NCBI GenBank assembly: GCA_030682385.1
Contig: JAUXOG010000075.1
Location: forward strand, 1,825-65,824
DNA: 64,000 bases
Direction of reading: 5' to 3'
From: Bacteroidota bacterium
GTDB lineage: Bacteria > Bacteroidota > Ignavibacteria > UBA10030 > BY39
Within the stretch, counting starts at the first letter, position 1, and the number at the start of each line of letters is the position of its first letter. Under the pieces are notes generated by a model. That model did no database searches, was not told where the DNA came from, and worked only from the letters and a program-made list of their open reading frames with translations. Both the position numbers and the translations under genes were made by a program. Below are positions 38,607 to 48,886 of this stretch, piece after piece.

Positions 38607-39728
38607 TTATCTATATCCCGCTTTCTCCAAATCGGCAACCGACTTAAAAGGAAAAGGCGGTTTCAAATACTCGGCGAGGAATTTGTAAATCTTCAATCGC
38701 GTTTCCTTTGCTAACTTTGTGTCAATACGGTCGAAACTGTGTCCGCCGGGTGCATCCTTGAAAATTTCATACTCGAATTTTTTACCTGCCGATTTCAAAG
38801 CACGAATCAAATGCTCAACTTCCAACACATTAACGTCGTCGTCGTTTGTGTTTGTGTGAATAAGAAGCGGTGTTTTCAGTTTTTCAGCATGATTGACAGG
38901 CGAGCGTTTCCGGTATTCTTCAACATTATCCTGTGCTGTTTTTCCGATATGATATTTTGCCGAAAATTCTTTCCGGTATTCATCATCGTAATATCCCATG
39001 CGTGCAACGAGGTCGCTAACCGGCACACCGGCAAAAGCAACCTGATAGTCGTCGGGATGTTGGAAAATATCCATTAGTGCCATTAAGCCGCCGTGGCTCC
39101 AGCCAATTACACCAACCCGATTTTTATCAACGATTTCGTAATTCTCAATCATATAATCGCGACTTGCGTTATTATCAGCTATTTCTAATCCACCGTAATC
39201 AATAAGTTCATAGAATTTTTTACCGTAGCCGGTGCTTCCTCTGTATTCAGGAGCGACTACAATGTAACCCTGAGCCATCAACTCACGGATTATGTGTGTA
39301 TAATAAGTTGTAAAATCTGCGTGCACACCGCCGTGAGGCAAAACGAGAAGCGGATACTTTTTGCTCCGGTCGAGTTTCTGTGGAATGAAAATGTATGACC
39401 AGAATTTAACAGGGTTTGTAGCCCCCATTGCCGTAGGATTAGGAACATAAGCAGGCGGTGGACCTACGATAAACACTTTGTCGATGTTGGCTACATCGCC
39501 GACTTTATTGTACCATAAAATATCATCGACAGCTTTTTCCAATTGATCGAGACGGTGTTCTAGTGACTCAAAATTTTTGTTGATGAGCTTTTCAGTGCTT
39601 GTGCCTTCGTCTTTTCCTTCCTGTGCGAAGAGCGGAAGGGCTAAAATAAAGCAAGCTAAGAGTGCCGCCAATTGTGGAATAAACTGCGGGCGTAGAGGAG
39701 TGAGGAGTTTTGTTTGTGTCATGATCAT
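38607..39728 (-). CDS. Secreted S9 family (prolyl oligopeptidase-like) serine peptidase
   Basis: HGG, YRGSTGYG, GWSHGG nucleophile motif, DDDV, GHSF. Confidence 0.9.
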   Translation of the reverse strand: MIMTQTKLLTPLRPQFIPQLAALLACFILALPLFAQEGKDEGTSTEKLINKNFESLEHRLDQLEKAVDDILWYNKVGDVANIDKVFIVGPPPAYVPNPTAMGATNPVKFWSYIFIPQKLDRSKKYPLLVLPHGGVHADFTTYYTHIIRELMAQGYIVVAPEYRGSTGYGKKFYELIDYGGLEIADNNASRDYMIENYEIVDKNRVGVIGWSHGGLMALMDIFQHPDDYQVAFAGVPVSDLVARMGYYDDEYRKEFSAKYHIGKTAQDNVEEYRKRSPVNHAEKLKTPLLIHTNTNDDDVNVLEVEHLIRALKSAGKKFEYEIFKDAPGGHSFDRIDTKLAKETRLKIYKFLAEYLKPPFPFKSVADLEKAGYR

Positions 39729-39755
39729 TATTCCATCCTGGTATAAAAATGTTGA

Positions 39756-40022
39756 TTAAGGGAAATATCTATAAATTTCTTTTCTATGAAGTATTCTTAT
39801 CATAATCACATGCTTGTTTGTTACAATAATTCCAATTCTATAATCTCCCAACCTTATACGATAGTAGTTCTTGTAGCCTTTTAACTTTTTGATATTTGAA
39901 ATATCTTCTATGCTTCTGGTTTTTTTGATCTGCTCAATCAAAAAGATAATTTTTGTAAAAAGCTTCGTTTCTTTAATCTTTAATAAATCCTTTTTGAAGC
40001 TATCTCTGTATTCAATAATCAT
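39756..40022 (-). CDS. RelE/ParE family toxin
   Basis: IKKLKGYKNYYRIRLGDYRIG...ILHRKEIYRYFP. Confidence 0.92.
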   Translation of the reverse strand: MIIEYRDSFKKDLLKIKETKLFTKIIFLIEQIKKTRSIEDISNIKKLKGYKNYYRIRLGDYRIGIIVTNKHVIMIRILHRKEIYRYFP

Positions 40023-40216
40023 TCAACTTTTAAGATTTTATATATTTCTTTCTGAGAGATTTTTTTTGATTTATTTCCTTCATCTATAGCTTTTCCGATT
40101 CCATAATCTTCCATCGCTTCTGCGACAACACCATGGATAAACGCTTTTTCCTCTTGTATAGCTTCTTTTATAGCCGATTTTAATATTTGCTTCAGCTTTT
40201 TTTCTTGGATTTCCAT
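40019..40216 (-). CDS. Putative antitoxin of the RelE module
   Basis: Small ORF overlapping the toxin start by 4 nt; EAMEDYGIGKAIDEG...ISQKEI. Confidence 0.75.
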   Translation of the reverse strand: MEIQEKKLKQILKSAIKEAIQEEKAFIHGVVAEAMEDYGIGKAIDEGNKSKKISQKEIYKILKVE

Positions 40217-40270
40217 TTTCGTCCATTTAAGTTTTGATTTTATTGTTTGTGGATTACAATTCAATATAGT

Positions 40271-40813
40271 TTATAATGATTTATTTATCAAATACCATTT
40301 CCGGTGAGCCGTAGCTTCGATATATTTTGAAAAAGCATCCGGTTTTCCATGCGGCGCAATTTCGAACAATATGTTTAGCGTATCTTTACCTCGTTTCGTA
40401 TATGTGAGTCGAAAGCGTGGTGAAGCAGGCGATAGATCGCTCAGAAAAATTACCGAGTTTGTTTCAGTTGAGTAATTGATAACATGTCCCTCGTTATCCC
40501 AGTATGTAGCCCGTGTCGAATTGTCTTTGTTCTTGTAAATCACCATCAGGTCGTCGTGGCGGAATGCAGGCCTGTCTGTGGTAGCAGGATATTGAGCGTA
40601 ATTTTTTCTGATAAGGATAGTTTTCTGCAAGTCGAGGTAAAATGAGAAACCGCCAACACCCTTGCCTGGGTCGCCACCACCTTCACCTATCCATTCGCCC
40701 AACAAGAAATTCCAAGAATCCCAGTTAGGATTATTTTTCGTTTGCTGTGCGGATAGTACAGAGGTTAATATGAATAAAGCCAATAGAGGTAAAATAAATA
40801 TTTTAATTTTCAT
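40271..40813 (-). CDS. Hypothetical secreted beta-rich protein
   Basis: Signal peptide; FLLGEWIGEG...HDDLMVIY...YWDNEGHVINY. Confidence 0.65.
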   Translation of the reverse strand: MKIKIFILPLLALFILTSVLSAQQTKNNPNWDSWNFLLGEWIGEGGGDPGKGVGGFSFYLDLQKTILIRKNYAQYPATTDRPAFRHDDLMVIYKNKDNSTRATYWDNEGHVINYSTETNSVIFLSDLSPASPRFRLTYTKRGKDTLNILFEIAPHGKPDAFSKYIEATAHRKWYLINKSL

Positions 40814-40822
40814 AGTTTAATC

Positions 40823-41425
40823 TTATTTAAACGAACGTTTTATAGCTATTGCTGTTTTCAAATATTTTTGAAGATACTCATCTCTGGAAATTTCAACAAC
40901 GCCAAAATTTTTCAGATGCGGTGTAGTATATTGTGTGTCTAAAAGTTTGAAACCTCGTTCTTTTAATATTTCAACTAATGCAACCAGTGCAACCTTAGAT
41001 GCATCCTTCATTAAACTGAACATCGATTCACCGAAGAAGGCGCCGCCGAGCGCGATACCGTAAAGCCCTCCGACGAGTTTCTTGTTGTGCCAGCTTTCGA
41101 TGCTATGAGCATAGCCAAGTCGATAAAGTTCAATGTAGCTCTGAACTATTTCATCTGATATCCATGTTTCATCTCTTTTAGCACAATTTCTAATTACATC
41201 TTCAAACGAGTGGTCAATTCGTATCTCGAAAATATTTTTCTTGATCGTCTGCATCAAGCTTCTGGAAATTTTGAAAGCATCGAGAGGAATAATTGCACGC
41301 GGGTCGGGTGAGTACCAATGGATTTCTCCATCTCGCGAATCAGCCATAGGAAAGTAACCGGCTGAGTATGCGGTAAGCAACAATTCTGATGGGATAGTAT
41401 TCTGTTTTAGCTTTTTTGTTATCAC
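40823..41425 (-). CDS. aat: Leucyl/phenylalanyl-tRNA--protein transferase
   Basis: AYSAGYFPM, WYSPDPR, TWI, AHSIESW, LVGGLYG, FFGESMFS, DASKVAL, LLDTQ. Confidence 0.95.
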   Translation of the reverse strand: MITKKLKQNTIPSELLLTAYSAGYFPMADSRDGEIHWYSPDPRAIIPLDAFKISRSLMQTIKKNIFEIRIDHSFEDVIRNCAKRDETWISDEIVQSYIELYRLGYAHSIESWHNKKLVGGLYGIALGGAFFGESMFSLMKDASKVALVALVEILKERGFKLLDTQYTTPHLKNFGVVEISRDEYLQKYLKTAIAIKRSFK

Positions 41426-41429
41426 ACTT

Positions 41430-41690
41430 CTATTTCAGAGGTTCAATCTTATCCAATTTTTGATATTGTGTTGCCTGATGCCAAACCTTAGAAATTTCAA
41501 GTCTATGAATGATCGCCCATTCTGTTACCAAACCAAAGGCACGCGGTGGTAAGTAACCCGATAATATTCCCAGGTCCTCAATTAAAAATAGGGCTTCATA
41601 TTCACCGTATACTGCATGGAAATGCGGTGGTTGATGATCATTATAATAAATATAAATTATTATCCCAAAGAATCTGGAAATTTCAGGCAT
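41430..41690 (-). CDS. DUF4160 family protein (putative toxin)
   Basis: MPEISRFFGIII..Y..DHQPPHFHAVYGE...VTEWA.IH...W...IEPL. Confidence 0.9.
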   Translation of the reverse strand: MPEISRFFGIIIYIYYNDHQPPHFHAVYGEYEALFLIEDLGILSGYLPPRAFGLVTEWAIIHRLEISKVWHQATQYQKLDKIEPLK

Positions 41691-41701
41691 AATATTTTTG
41701 T

Positions 41702-41980
41702 TTAAATGTGTTCAACCTGTTTGTTTAAAATGGACATAGGATCGAGATTTAAGATTTTTGCGTATAGTGTATCAGGGCATAGGTCTATCTCGTCTTTCCA
41801 TACCAAGGTATGGCTTTGAGAATCTATGCTGAAGGAGTTAAACTCTTTGGGATCTTTCCAAAGCGAGAAAACGCCTTTACCCACTAAATCCGAAAGATCA
41901 ACTATTCCTTCGACTCCGTCAGAAAATTTTATCCATATTTTGTAATTTTCCAGCGGCTTTGCTTCAATAATTTTGTGCAT
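41702..41980 (-). CDS. DUF2442 family protein (putative antitoxin)
   Basis: AKPLENYKIWIKFSDG.EG.VDL...GVF...TLVW...IDLCPDTLY. Confidence 0.9.
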   Translation of the reverse strand: MHKIIEAKPLENYKIWIKFSDGVEGIVDLSDLVGKGVFSLWKDPKEFNSFSIDSQSHTLVWKDEIDLCPDTLYAKILNLDPMSILNKQVEHI

Positions 41981-42005
41981 GATAGTTATCTCTTAAAATT
42001 AAAAA

Positions 42006-43091
42006 TTAATCACCAAACGAAGTCCCAACGGAGCGGGCTGCAATAATCAATTGAGCATCGCGTGAAACCAAACGGAGTTTTCCGATAGCATCAATAATGG
42101 GAACAGGAACAACATCACGTCGTTGCAGACTAACCATAACTCCAAACTGTCCATTAGAAGCTGTATGCAAAGCGGTTGTGCCAAAACGAGTTCCGAGAAT
42201 CCTGTCGTAAGGTGTAGGACTTCCGCCTCGTTGAACGTGCCCTAATACTGTTACACGTGTTTCGAGTCCTGTTTCTTCACTGATTTTTTGTCCAACCAAT
42301 TCACCAACACCGCCTAAGCGCACAGGGTCGGTTCGTTTTTTATCCATCTCTTTTACAACAATTTCACCGTCGGCAGGTTTCGCACCTTCGGCAACACAAA
42401 TGATGCTGAACTTTGCACCTTTGCTTCGCTGTAAAACCGCTTTATAAATTTTTTCCCAATGAAAAGGAATTTCTGGTATTAAAATAATATCAGCGCCACC
42501 GGCAACACCGGCGCCGAGTGCAATCCAGCCGGCATATCTTCCCATTGTTTCTACAACCATAACCCGATGATGCGATGAAGCGGTAGTCTGCAAACGATCG
42601 ACTGCTTCGGTGGCAACAGCGCGTGCGGAATCGTGACCGAAAGTAATATCGGTTGCATCTAAATCGTTATCAATAGTTTTTGGAATACCGATAATATTCA
42701 TTCCCATCTGACTGAATTTGTGGGAGATGTGCATAGTCCCATCGCCGCCGATAGCGAACAAAACATCAAGTTTCCAGTTCCGGTAGTTTTCGAGGGCTTG
42801 CTCGGAGGCATCAATAGTTCGAATACCGGTTGGTCCTTCGATAGGGTAATGGAACGGGTCGCCTTTGTTCGATGTGCCTAAAATTGTCCCGCCTACATTC
42901 AGTATTCCTGTAACATCTGCCGGAGTTAGTTCACGCATTCTGCCTTCAACGAGTCCTTCAAATCCATCGAGGACACCAACTACTTTTACATTGAAGAAAT
43001 TCATAGCTGGTTTGGCAATGCTTCGTATAACTGCATTTAATCCCGGGCAATCGCCGCCGCCTGTTAATATTCCTATTCGTTTGAGTTGCAT
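42006..43091 (-). CDS. pfkA: 6-phosphofructokinase
   Basis: GILTGGGDCPGLN, GGTILGTS, IGGDGT, PKTIDND, ETMGR.AG, LGHVQRGG. Confidence 0.95.
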   Translation of the reverse strand: MQLKRIGILTGGGDCPGLNAVIRSIAKPAMNFFNVKVVGVLDGFEGLVEGRMRELTPADVTGILNVGGTILGTSNKGDPFHYPIEGPTGIRTIDASEQALENYRNWKLDVLFAIGGDGTMHISHKFSQMGMNIIGIPKTIDNDLDATDITFGHDSARAVATEAVDRLQTTASSHHRVMVVETMGRYAGWIALGAGVAGGADIILIPEIPFHWEKIYKAVLQRSKGAKFSIICVAEGAKPADGEIVVKEMDKKRTDPVRLGGVGELVGQKISEETGLETRVTVLGHVQRGGSPTPYDRILGTRFGTTALHTASNGQFGVMVSLQRRDVVPVPIIDAIGKLRLVSRDAQLIIAARSVGTSFGD

Positions 43092-43111
43092 ATTATCCTA
43101 TGTTGTTATTG

Positions 43112-44269
43112 TTAATAGCGCCAAAGTGCGCCAATGCCTTGTTTATTAAAAATATCTGATACTTTGTCGGATACTATATTTAATGGTGTTTTATATTTGC
43201 GCAATAGTGGTGGAATTAAAGTTTTCATTGATCCTACACGCAAATTTTTCGAGATACAATGCAAGCATTCTTTTGCATCTTTCGTCATCACATAACCGCA
43301 GTCGTTGCATTCTACTAAAATTTTATCCGAACCGTTTGTTATTGCAACGGTATTTGAACGTCCTTCTTGAATCAATTTAAGAACTTTTTTAATTCCTAAA
43401 CTTGCAGATGTATTTGTTGCCGATCTTTCTATAATTTTATCGATTAATTTTTGTTCCTTTGTACGTTCAAAGTTTTGAAAAATTTGCTGAGCCGCCGAAA
43501 TAATTTCTTTGATGGAAGATTCGCGGGCTAACGGAATTTTGCCAATAACGGTAACCTCGTTCGTATTGAGGCATTTTTGAAACAAATCGGTTTGCGAATC
43601 TAATCCGGTTAAAACAATCTCGTTTACGTGAAACTGCTTTTTCATCGCTTCGATGGATGAAGTGCAGTGTTTCCAGAATTTTTGTACTTCTTCCGATATG
43701 TGGCGTTCTACAATTTCTTTAGTATCACCGCCACGCAAACCGGGGATAGCTTTTTCGCGCATAATATTTTCCGGCGGCAGGTGTTTACTCTGCCATGCGA
43801 GTGTATCCGACGAGATAGTTTCTTCCCATTCTTTAATTACTTCATTTAAACCAATTATGTAGTAGTGAATTTTTTCCGATGCTATTTTGATGATGCCGTA
43901 ATTCCGGTACTCTTCTAATATCCAATCAAGTTGTCCAATGCTTGGTTTGCCCCACCACACTTCGTTGGTTACCTTAATTTGTGGATGAGCCGCTTCGAAA
44001 AAACCAGTTCCCGAAAAAAGAATAAGCGATTTACCATCCGAGATGCGGTATTCTGCTTCCTCTAAAATATTTGAATGAATTTTTTCAAAATCTTTTAGAT
44101 GACTTTGAGGTAAATCGTTTCGTATAGATTTTAATGAATCTTTTAACCATATCTGTGCTGCCGCTCTATTCCTTCCTATAACTGTCGGATCAGTCTCAAG
44201 ATAAACACTCATAACTTGATCTGAATCTACCGACATCATTTTATCAAACAGGGATCGTAATTTTAACAT
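43112..44269 (-). CDS. Bacterial archaeo-eukaryotic release factor (baeRF/aeRF1-like) family protein with zinc ribbon
   Basis: VMSVYL, GKP.I..L..ILEEY, IVLTG, E..KE..LI, GIKKVL..IQEGR, CNDC...CLHC, GIGALWRY. ATG at 44269 after GAGGAG. Confidence 0.7.
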   Translation of the reverse strand: MLKLRSLFDKMMSVDSDQVMSVYLETDPTVIGRNRAAAQIWLKDSLKSIRNDLPQSHLKDFEKIHSNILEEAEYRISDGKSLILFSGTGFFEAAHPQIKVTNEVWWGKPSIGQLDWILEEYRNYGIIKIASEKIHYYIIGLNEVIKEWEETISSDTLAWQSKHLPPENIMREKAIPGLRGGDTKEIVERHISEEVQKFWKHCTSSIEAMKKQFHVNEIVLTGLDSQTDLFQKCLNTNEVTVIGKIPLARESSIKEIISAAQQIFQNFERTKEQKLIDKIIERSATNTSASLGIKKVLKLIQEGRSNTVAITNGSDKILVECNDCGYVMTKDAKECLHCISKNLRVGSMKTLIPPLLRKYKTPLNIVSDKVSDIFNKQGIGALWRY

Positions 44270-44310
44270 AGTTAAATCTCCTCGCTTAATTGTTTGTTGT
44301 TTTTCATCTT

Positions 44311-44925
44311 TTACTTTTTCTTCCATAGCATCAGCATTTCTTTGCCGAGCCTGGGTTTTACAGAAGTTTTTGGAATTTCAGAATAAATTAGTTTAAATGT
44401 TTTAGATAAATGTGATTGAATTTCTTTAATATCGACAGCAAATGGTGGACCGCCGTCGCGATTATCAATAGGAAAAAAAAGCCCGATAAATATTCCACCG
44501 GGTTTGAGCATGCGTTGGACATTATCGAGAAATTCTATCCGTCGTTCAGTGTCGATGGCGCAGTAGGTTACATACTCTAATACATAATCGAACTTGTGTA
44601 ATAATTTACCGGGTAATTCAAAAACATTCGCTTCGATTGTTTCGACATGTATCTTTGCTTTTTTTGCGAGCCTTCGGGTTTCCCGTATCGCACTCGCCGA
44701 AAAATCAATGGCAGTTACAAGATAATTTTGTTTTGCAAACAGTATTGCATCATGCCCTCTGCCGCAACCGATTACTACAATTTTCCCTGAATTTTCTAAT
44801 TTGCCAGATTTGAGCAATGCTTCAAATACCGGTGTTGGTGTGCCTAAATCCCAATCGTCGGTTCTATGTTTATAGCGATGTTCCCAATATTCAGGACTGC
44901 TAACGTCAGTAATTATTTTATTCAT
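44311..44925 (-). CDS. TPMT/thiol methyltransferase family SAM-dependent methyltransferase
   Basis: YWEHRY...WDLG.PTP, IGCGRGHDA, EYVTYCAI, GGPPFAV. Confidence 0.88.
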   Translation of the reverse strand: MNKIITDVSSPEYWEHRYKHRTDDWDLGTPTPVFEALLKSGKLENSGKIVVIGCGRGHDAILFAKQNYLVTAIDFSASAIRETRRLAKKAKIHVETIEANVFELPGKLLHKFDYVLEYVTYCAIDTERRIEFLDNVQRMLKPGGIFIGLFFPIDNRDGGPPFAVDIKEIQSHLSKTFKLIYSEIPKTSVKPRLGKEMLMLWKKK

Positions 44926-47900
44926 TAATAGGGTTTTTGTTCTGTTTCCTACAAATCATATCAAAACTGCAATACTCGCAAGCTTTCGGCATCTTCTCTT
45001 GCGTAGTAATTGGAAATTCACCTTTTGCGATCGAGCCAACATATTCGTTCACATACGTTATTGATTTTCCGATTATCCTGCGAAGCTCAGTTTCGTTATC
45101 TAATACAGATGCTTGTTTCCGTGTATGTATGAATGCTTTATTTTTTAACTCTGAATTTGCGAGAGCAATTTTTTCTGTTACAGGAATTTTCAAGCTGTAA
45201 TAAGTAGCTGCCGCCGGTTTCAATTGTTTATTTTGTTCAGATAAAATTTTTTCTACTGCAAATAAATAAATTGGCAACTGTAAAGCAAGTCCCGACTCGA
45301 TGTCGGCAAAATCATCGAACTTGCTTCCGGTTTTGTAATCTACAACTGAGAAGAATTCGTTGCCAACTTCAACCCGGTCGATTTTACCCCGAACCTTAAT
45401 ATTACCCACCAATACAGGTTCTTTTTTGGATAATTCAGGGTCGGTAAGTTTTGCGCTGCCCACCCGGCTGCCAAATGCTACTTCAAAATAAGCGGGCACA
45501 ACATCGAGTTTCCGGTCTCTTTCTGCGTCAAGAAATTCTTGAATAATGCCTTTCCGGCTGCCTCGTCCTAAAATCAATTCCTTTTCCAAAAAGTATAACA
45601 GGTCGGACGATTCGAGCGAGTCTAATTTTGTCCGTGTTAAATCTATCAGGTTATTTACAGCTTCGGCGAATTGTTCTTCGTTGCATTCAAAAAGAGGGGG
45701 TAGGTTCATTTCACGCCGTCCAACATAAAATTGGAATAAAACTTCGTGCAAAATGCTTCCTTTTTCGATCGGAGTAATTCCTTCTTCCAATTCTTCTAAT
45801 ACATTGAGTCGTAAAATATTATCGGCAAAATATTTAAACGGACATTTAGCATACTTTTCGAGTTGAGTAATCGAGTAAGTTTTATCGAGTGTTTTTTCTA
45901 AAGATTTCCGCGACGAATCGGATAAAGCGTCGTAAATTTTTCCGTTGTATTCTAACATGTGGTCGGACATTGATCTGCTATTTTCGATTTCGATTGCTTT
46001 AAAAATAAACTCGATATGCCGAAGCATCCTTTCATCTAACAACTGATTGTTTTTGTATGCCGGATTGATTCCTTTATTACTGCCGATTCGTTGTAGTAGT
46101 TCTTCTTCCGTGTAAACTGCATCAGTCATTTTCTCGGGCAAAGCCTTCTGCCAATCCCGACAGTCAAGAATTTTCAATAATGAATTTACAAAAGGCGATC
46201 GGACTAATTCATTATCACCGTCTTTTTTGGGATATGTGATGAAAAGATTTTCAGAAAAATTGGTTATGCATTGGTACAATAAATATCGCTTTTCGGTGAG
46301 ATGATATAGTTCTTTTTTCTTCTGCCGGCTGTTGCTGTGAAATATTTCGGGTGAATATGGGGGAGGAAATTCACCGTCGACCAATCCGATCGCAAACATT
46401 ATGTCAAATTCTAATCCTCGTGTTTCTTCAAACGATGTTATATAAATTCCGTAACCGTATTTTTGGCGGATGTTATAACGCGTTTGTGATACCGCCGCCT
46501 TTAATTGCTCGATATAAAATTTTAAGTGTTGTGGCTCTTTTTCTTTCGCCCGAAAAGTCAATAAATCTATTAAGTCATCCAATAATTGTAAAAACTTTTG
46601 ATATGCCCGCGTATCTTTTTCGAGCAGTTCAAAATTACCAGTCGGAAACTTTAAAATATTTTCAGGTACTCGGAGCCGATTTAGAAGTTCTACTAGAGCG
46701 TTGCGGAATTCAAAGGGAGTTAATTGGGTCTCGAAAAGGTGTAAAAAATTTTCAAGAAGCAAAATATCGTTCAGTGCTTTTTGCAAACTATCGATTTCGT
46801 TTTTCAAATGATGAATTTCAATTTCATCATCCTTTGTATTCAAATCCCTTTGAATTTGATTTATCCGGTTGGTGATGCGCGTTTTCCAAAAGTTCTTGCC
46901 TGCGGTAATTTTCAAAGCAACCGAAACTGCATAAAGGTTCCCGCCATCAATTGTCGTTTGTCCGTCCGTGAAAGTAAAAAACGAACTTGATAACGTCCGC
47001 ATAATATCGCGCTGACGAAAGTTGTTTTGGCAAATGTTTAAAAGCGAAATAATCGAAACAGCAACGGCTGATTGGTCGAGGGCGAAACGATCTGTAATAT
47101 TTACAGGAATGCCGTATCGGGGGAAAATCTCGTGAAATAACTTTGTATAAATTTGCGGTTGATACATCGCAACGCAAATTTTACTCAAATCGTGTTCGGG
47201 TTCGTTATGCAATATGTTTTTAATTACTTTTGCGATAGCTTCTACTTCTTCTTCACGGTTGCGCGAGGAGATTAATGTAACCTTTTCGGATAAATCAAAT
47301 TTTAATATCGAGTCGTCAGAACGAAATAGGTTTTGCGTAACGTGTTGTTTGAACGATGGTTTTGATTCCGGCTGGTCGGAATGGTACTTAAAGCCGATTC
47401 TTAAAAATTTATCGAAGTTTTCTTTCAAGTGTCCGAACAATTCATCGTTGTTCAAATAATAGTCGAACGAAATCACCATCCCCAAGTCATTTTTATGCTT
47501 GTTTACTTTGAACTTCGAAACAGCATCTAACATAGTAATTTCAGGGTCGGAAAATTCATCAAATCCCGATACAAGAATTAACTCTGCCTTCTGAAATCTA
47601 TTCCAAAAATTATCGAGCGGGGGTAAATCTGTAATGGTATTATTTAATTCCTTGAAGATACCGCCAACGTCAATAAATTGTTCGCCTAAAAGGGATTCAT
47701 ATTCTTCGTAAATGATGAGTAAATCTTTAAGTTTTAGTTTCTCATCGCTCTGTGCCGATTCTAATTCTTCATAAAGCGAGGTCGGATAAATACCCGCTTC
47801 CTTCAAAGAATTAATTACGTTGATAATTTTTTCGAATGTTCCTTTGGGAATTGAATATTTAATTCCTTGCGGCAGAAAATATAGAAGTTCATTTGCTTTA

Positions 47901-48193
47901 TTACGGATTGCATTTTCGAAGATTACTGCTTGTGTTGTAGCAGTTAAAAACTTTTTCGGCGAACAAAATACAGTGTGGAGTTCGGCAGCAAAATTTTCTA
48001 AAGTAAAAATATTAAAAGCGGAGGCAGTGCTGTTGGGAGCGAGTTTAAGAAATTCGCGCTGAAGTTCTCGTACTTTACGCCGTGTGGGTACGATAAATAT
48101 AAAAGTATCTGCTTTATTATGAGCGATACGCTGCTTAATTTCAGCTTGAATATCAGATACTAATGAGAAGTTTTTATATAGAATAACCGGCAT
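44918..48193 (-). CDS. AddB-like helicase-nuclease subunit with C-terminal PD-(D/E)XK nuclease and Fe-S cluster cysteines
   Basis: Degenerate helicase body; SITQLEKYAKCPFKYF, KGSILH, RGKIDRVE..VVDYKTG, LQLPIY, CEYC.F..IC. Confidence 0.85.
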   Translation of the reverse strand: MPVILYKNFSLVSDIQAEIKQRIAHNKADTFIFIVPTRRKVRELQREFLKLAPNSTASAFNIFTLENFAAELHTVFCSPKKFLTATTQAVIFENAIRNKANELLYFLPQGIKYSIPKGTFEKIINVINSLKEAGIYPTSLYEELESAQSDEKLKLKDLLIIYEEYESLLGEQFIDVGGIFKELNNTITDLPPLDNFWNRFQKAELILVSGFDEFSDPEITMLDAVSKFKVNKHKNDLGMVISFDYYLNNDELFGHLKENFDKFLRIGFKYHSDQPESKPSFKQHVTQNLFRSDDSILKFDLSEKVTLISSRNREEEVEAIAKVIKNILHNEPEHDLSKICVAMYQPQIYTKLFHEIFPRYGIPVNITDRFALDQSAVAVSIISLLNICQNNFRQRDIMRTLSSSFFTFTDGQTTIDGGNLYAVSVALKITAGKNFWKTRITNRINQIQRDLNTKDDEIEIHHLKNEIDSLQKALNDILLLENFLHLFETQLTPFEFRNALVELLNRLRVPENILKFPTGNFELLEKDTRAYQKFLQLLDDLIDLLTFRAKEKEPQHLKFYIEQLKAAVSQTRYNIRQKYGYGIYITSFEETRGLEFDIMFAIGLVDGEFPPPYSPEIFHSNSRQKKKELYHLTEKRYLLYQCITNFSENLFITYPKKDGDNELVRSPFVNSLLKILDCRDWQKALPEKMTDAVYTEEELLQRIGSNKGINPAYKNNQLLDERMLRHIEFIFKAIEIENSRSMSDHMLEYNGKIYDALSDSSRKSLEKTLDKTYSITQLEKYAKCPFKYFADNILRLNVLEELEEGITPIEKGSILHEVLFQFYVGRREMNLPPLFECNEEQFAEAVNNLIDLTRTKLDSLESSDLLYFLEKELILGRGSRKGIIQEFLDAERDRKLDVVPAYFEVAFGSRVGSAKLTDPELSKKEPVLVGNIKVRGKIDRVEVGNEFFSVVDYKTGSKFDDFADIESGLALQLPIYLFAVEKILSEQNKQLKPAAATYYSLKIPVTEKIALANSELKNKAFIHTRKQASVLDNETELRRIIGKSITYVNEYVGSIAKGEFPITTQEKMPKACEYCSFDMICRKQNKNPINE

Positions 48194-48229
48194 TGATAGT
48201 TTTTTCCGTAGTTAACCGGGTGAATAAAG

Positions 48230-48418
48230 TTATCTGAATCGTGCAGGAACGTATTTTTCGTATAGTTCGATCAGTTTTTTCTTTGATAATGAATCTAAGT
48301 CTTCGTCGTCGTAGTCGCGCTTCCGGAACATATCGAACTCATCAACTTCGTACCGATTCATTTTTTTGTAATAATCTTTGAGTGCTTCAATAATTTTATG
48401 CTGCTCTACTTTTGTCAT
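48230..48418 (-). CDS. Small hypothetical protein
   Basis: 62-aa ORF co-oriented and tightly packed within the operon. Confidence 0.55.
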   Translation of the reverse strand: MTKVEQHKIIEALKDYYKKMNRYEVDEFDMFRKRDYDDEDLDSLSKKKLIELYEKYVPARFR

Positions 48419-48427
48419 TCAGAATTT

Positions 48428-48886
48428 TTATTTTGATTTTAGTGTATCTTTTTCGATGTATTTTTTCAACAAGTATAACGATTCTTCCCAACTGTTGAAA
48501 ACTGCGTTGAAATTTTTTTCCCAAGTTGCACCGGAACCCGTTCCATATAGTTTGAAGGAAATATTGGTTTCCGATTTTTTCTTTTCAAATGTTAAAGTGA
48601 AGTCGATAGGTCCGATAGTTTTTTTGTTGGCAAAGAAATAATTCATTCCTGCAATTTTCAACATTTTGTTAAGATCGAAGTCTTTAATTTTGCCGCAACA
48701 GCTGTAAAAATCCCCGTCAGATTCAGTGTGCCATCCAATAGAGTAAGGTCCATCGATGCAAAGAGCTACGACAGCGCTGTGTGCATGAAGCCATGCAGTC
48801 AAACGGTTAGGGTCGATAAATGATTGGAATAATAATTTAGGAGTGCTATTAATTGTTACCGACTTATGTAATAGTTTCTTTTTCAT
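48428..48886 (-). CDS. SRPBCC/AHSA1-like domain protein
   Basis: KSVTINSTP..LF.SFIDP..L..W...G...W...L..LKKYIE pattern. Confidence 0.7.
   Translation of the reverse strand: MKKKLLHKSVTINSTPKLLFQSFIDPNRLTAWLHAHSAVVALCIDGPYSIGWHTESDGDFYSCCGKIKDFDLNKMLKIAGMNYFFANKKTIGPIDFTLTFEKKKSETNISFKLYGTGSGATWEKNFNAVFNSWEESLYLLKKYIEKDTLKSK

Noticed and set aside
44918-48193. Cas4-like reading of the C-terminal nuclease with Fe-S cysteines
   Set aside because: It is fused to a 700+ aa inactive helicase-like body typical of AddB, with no CRISPR context; addA may simply be elsewhere in the genome.
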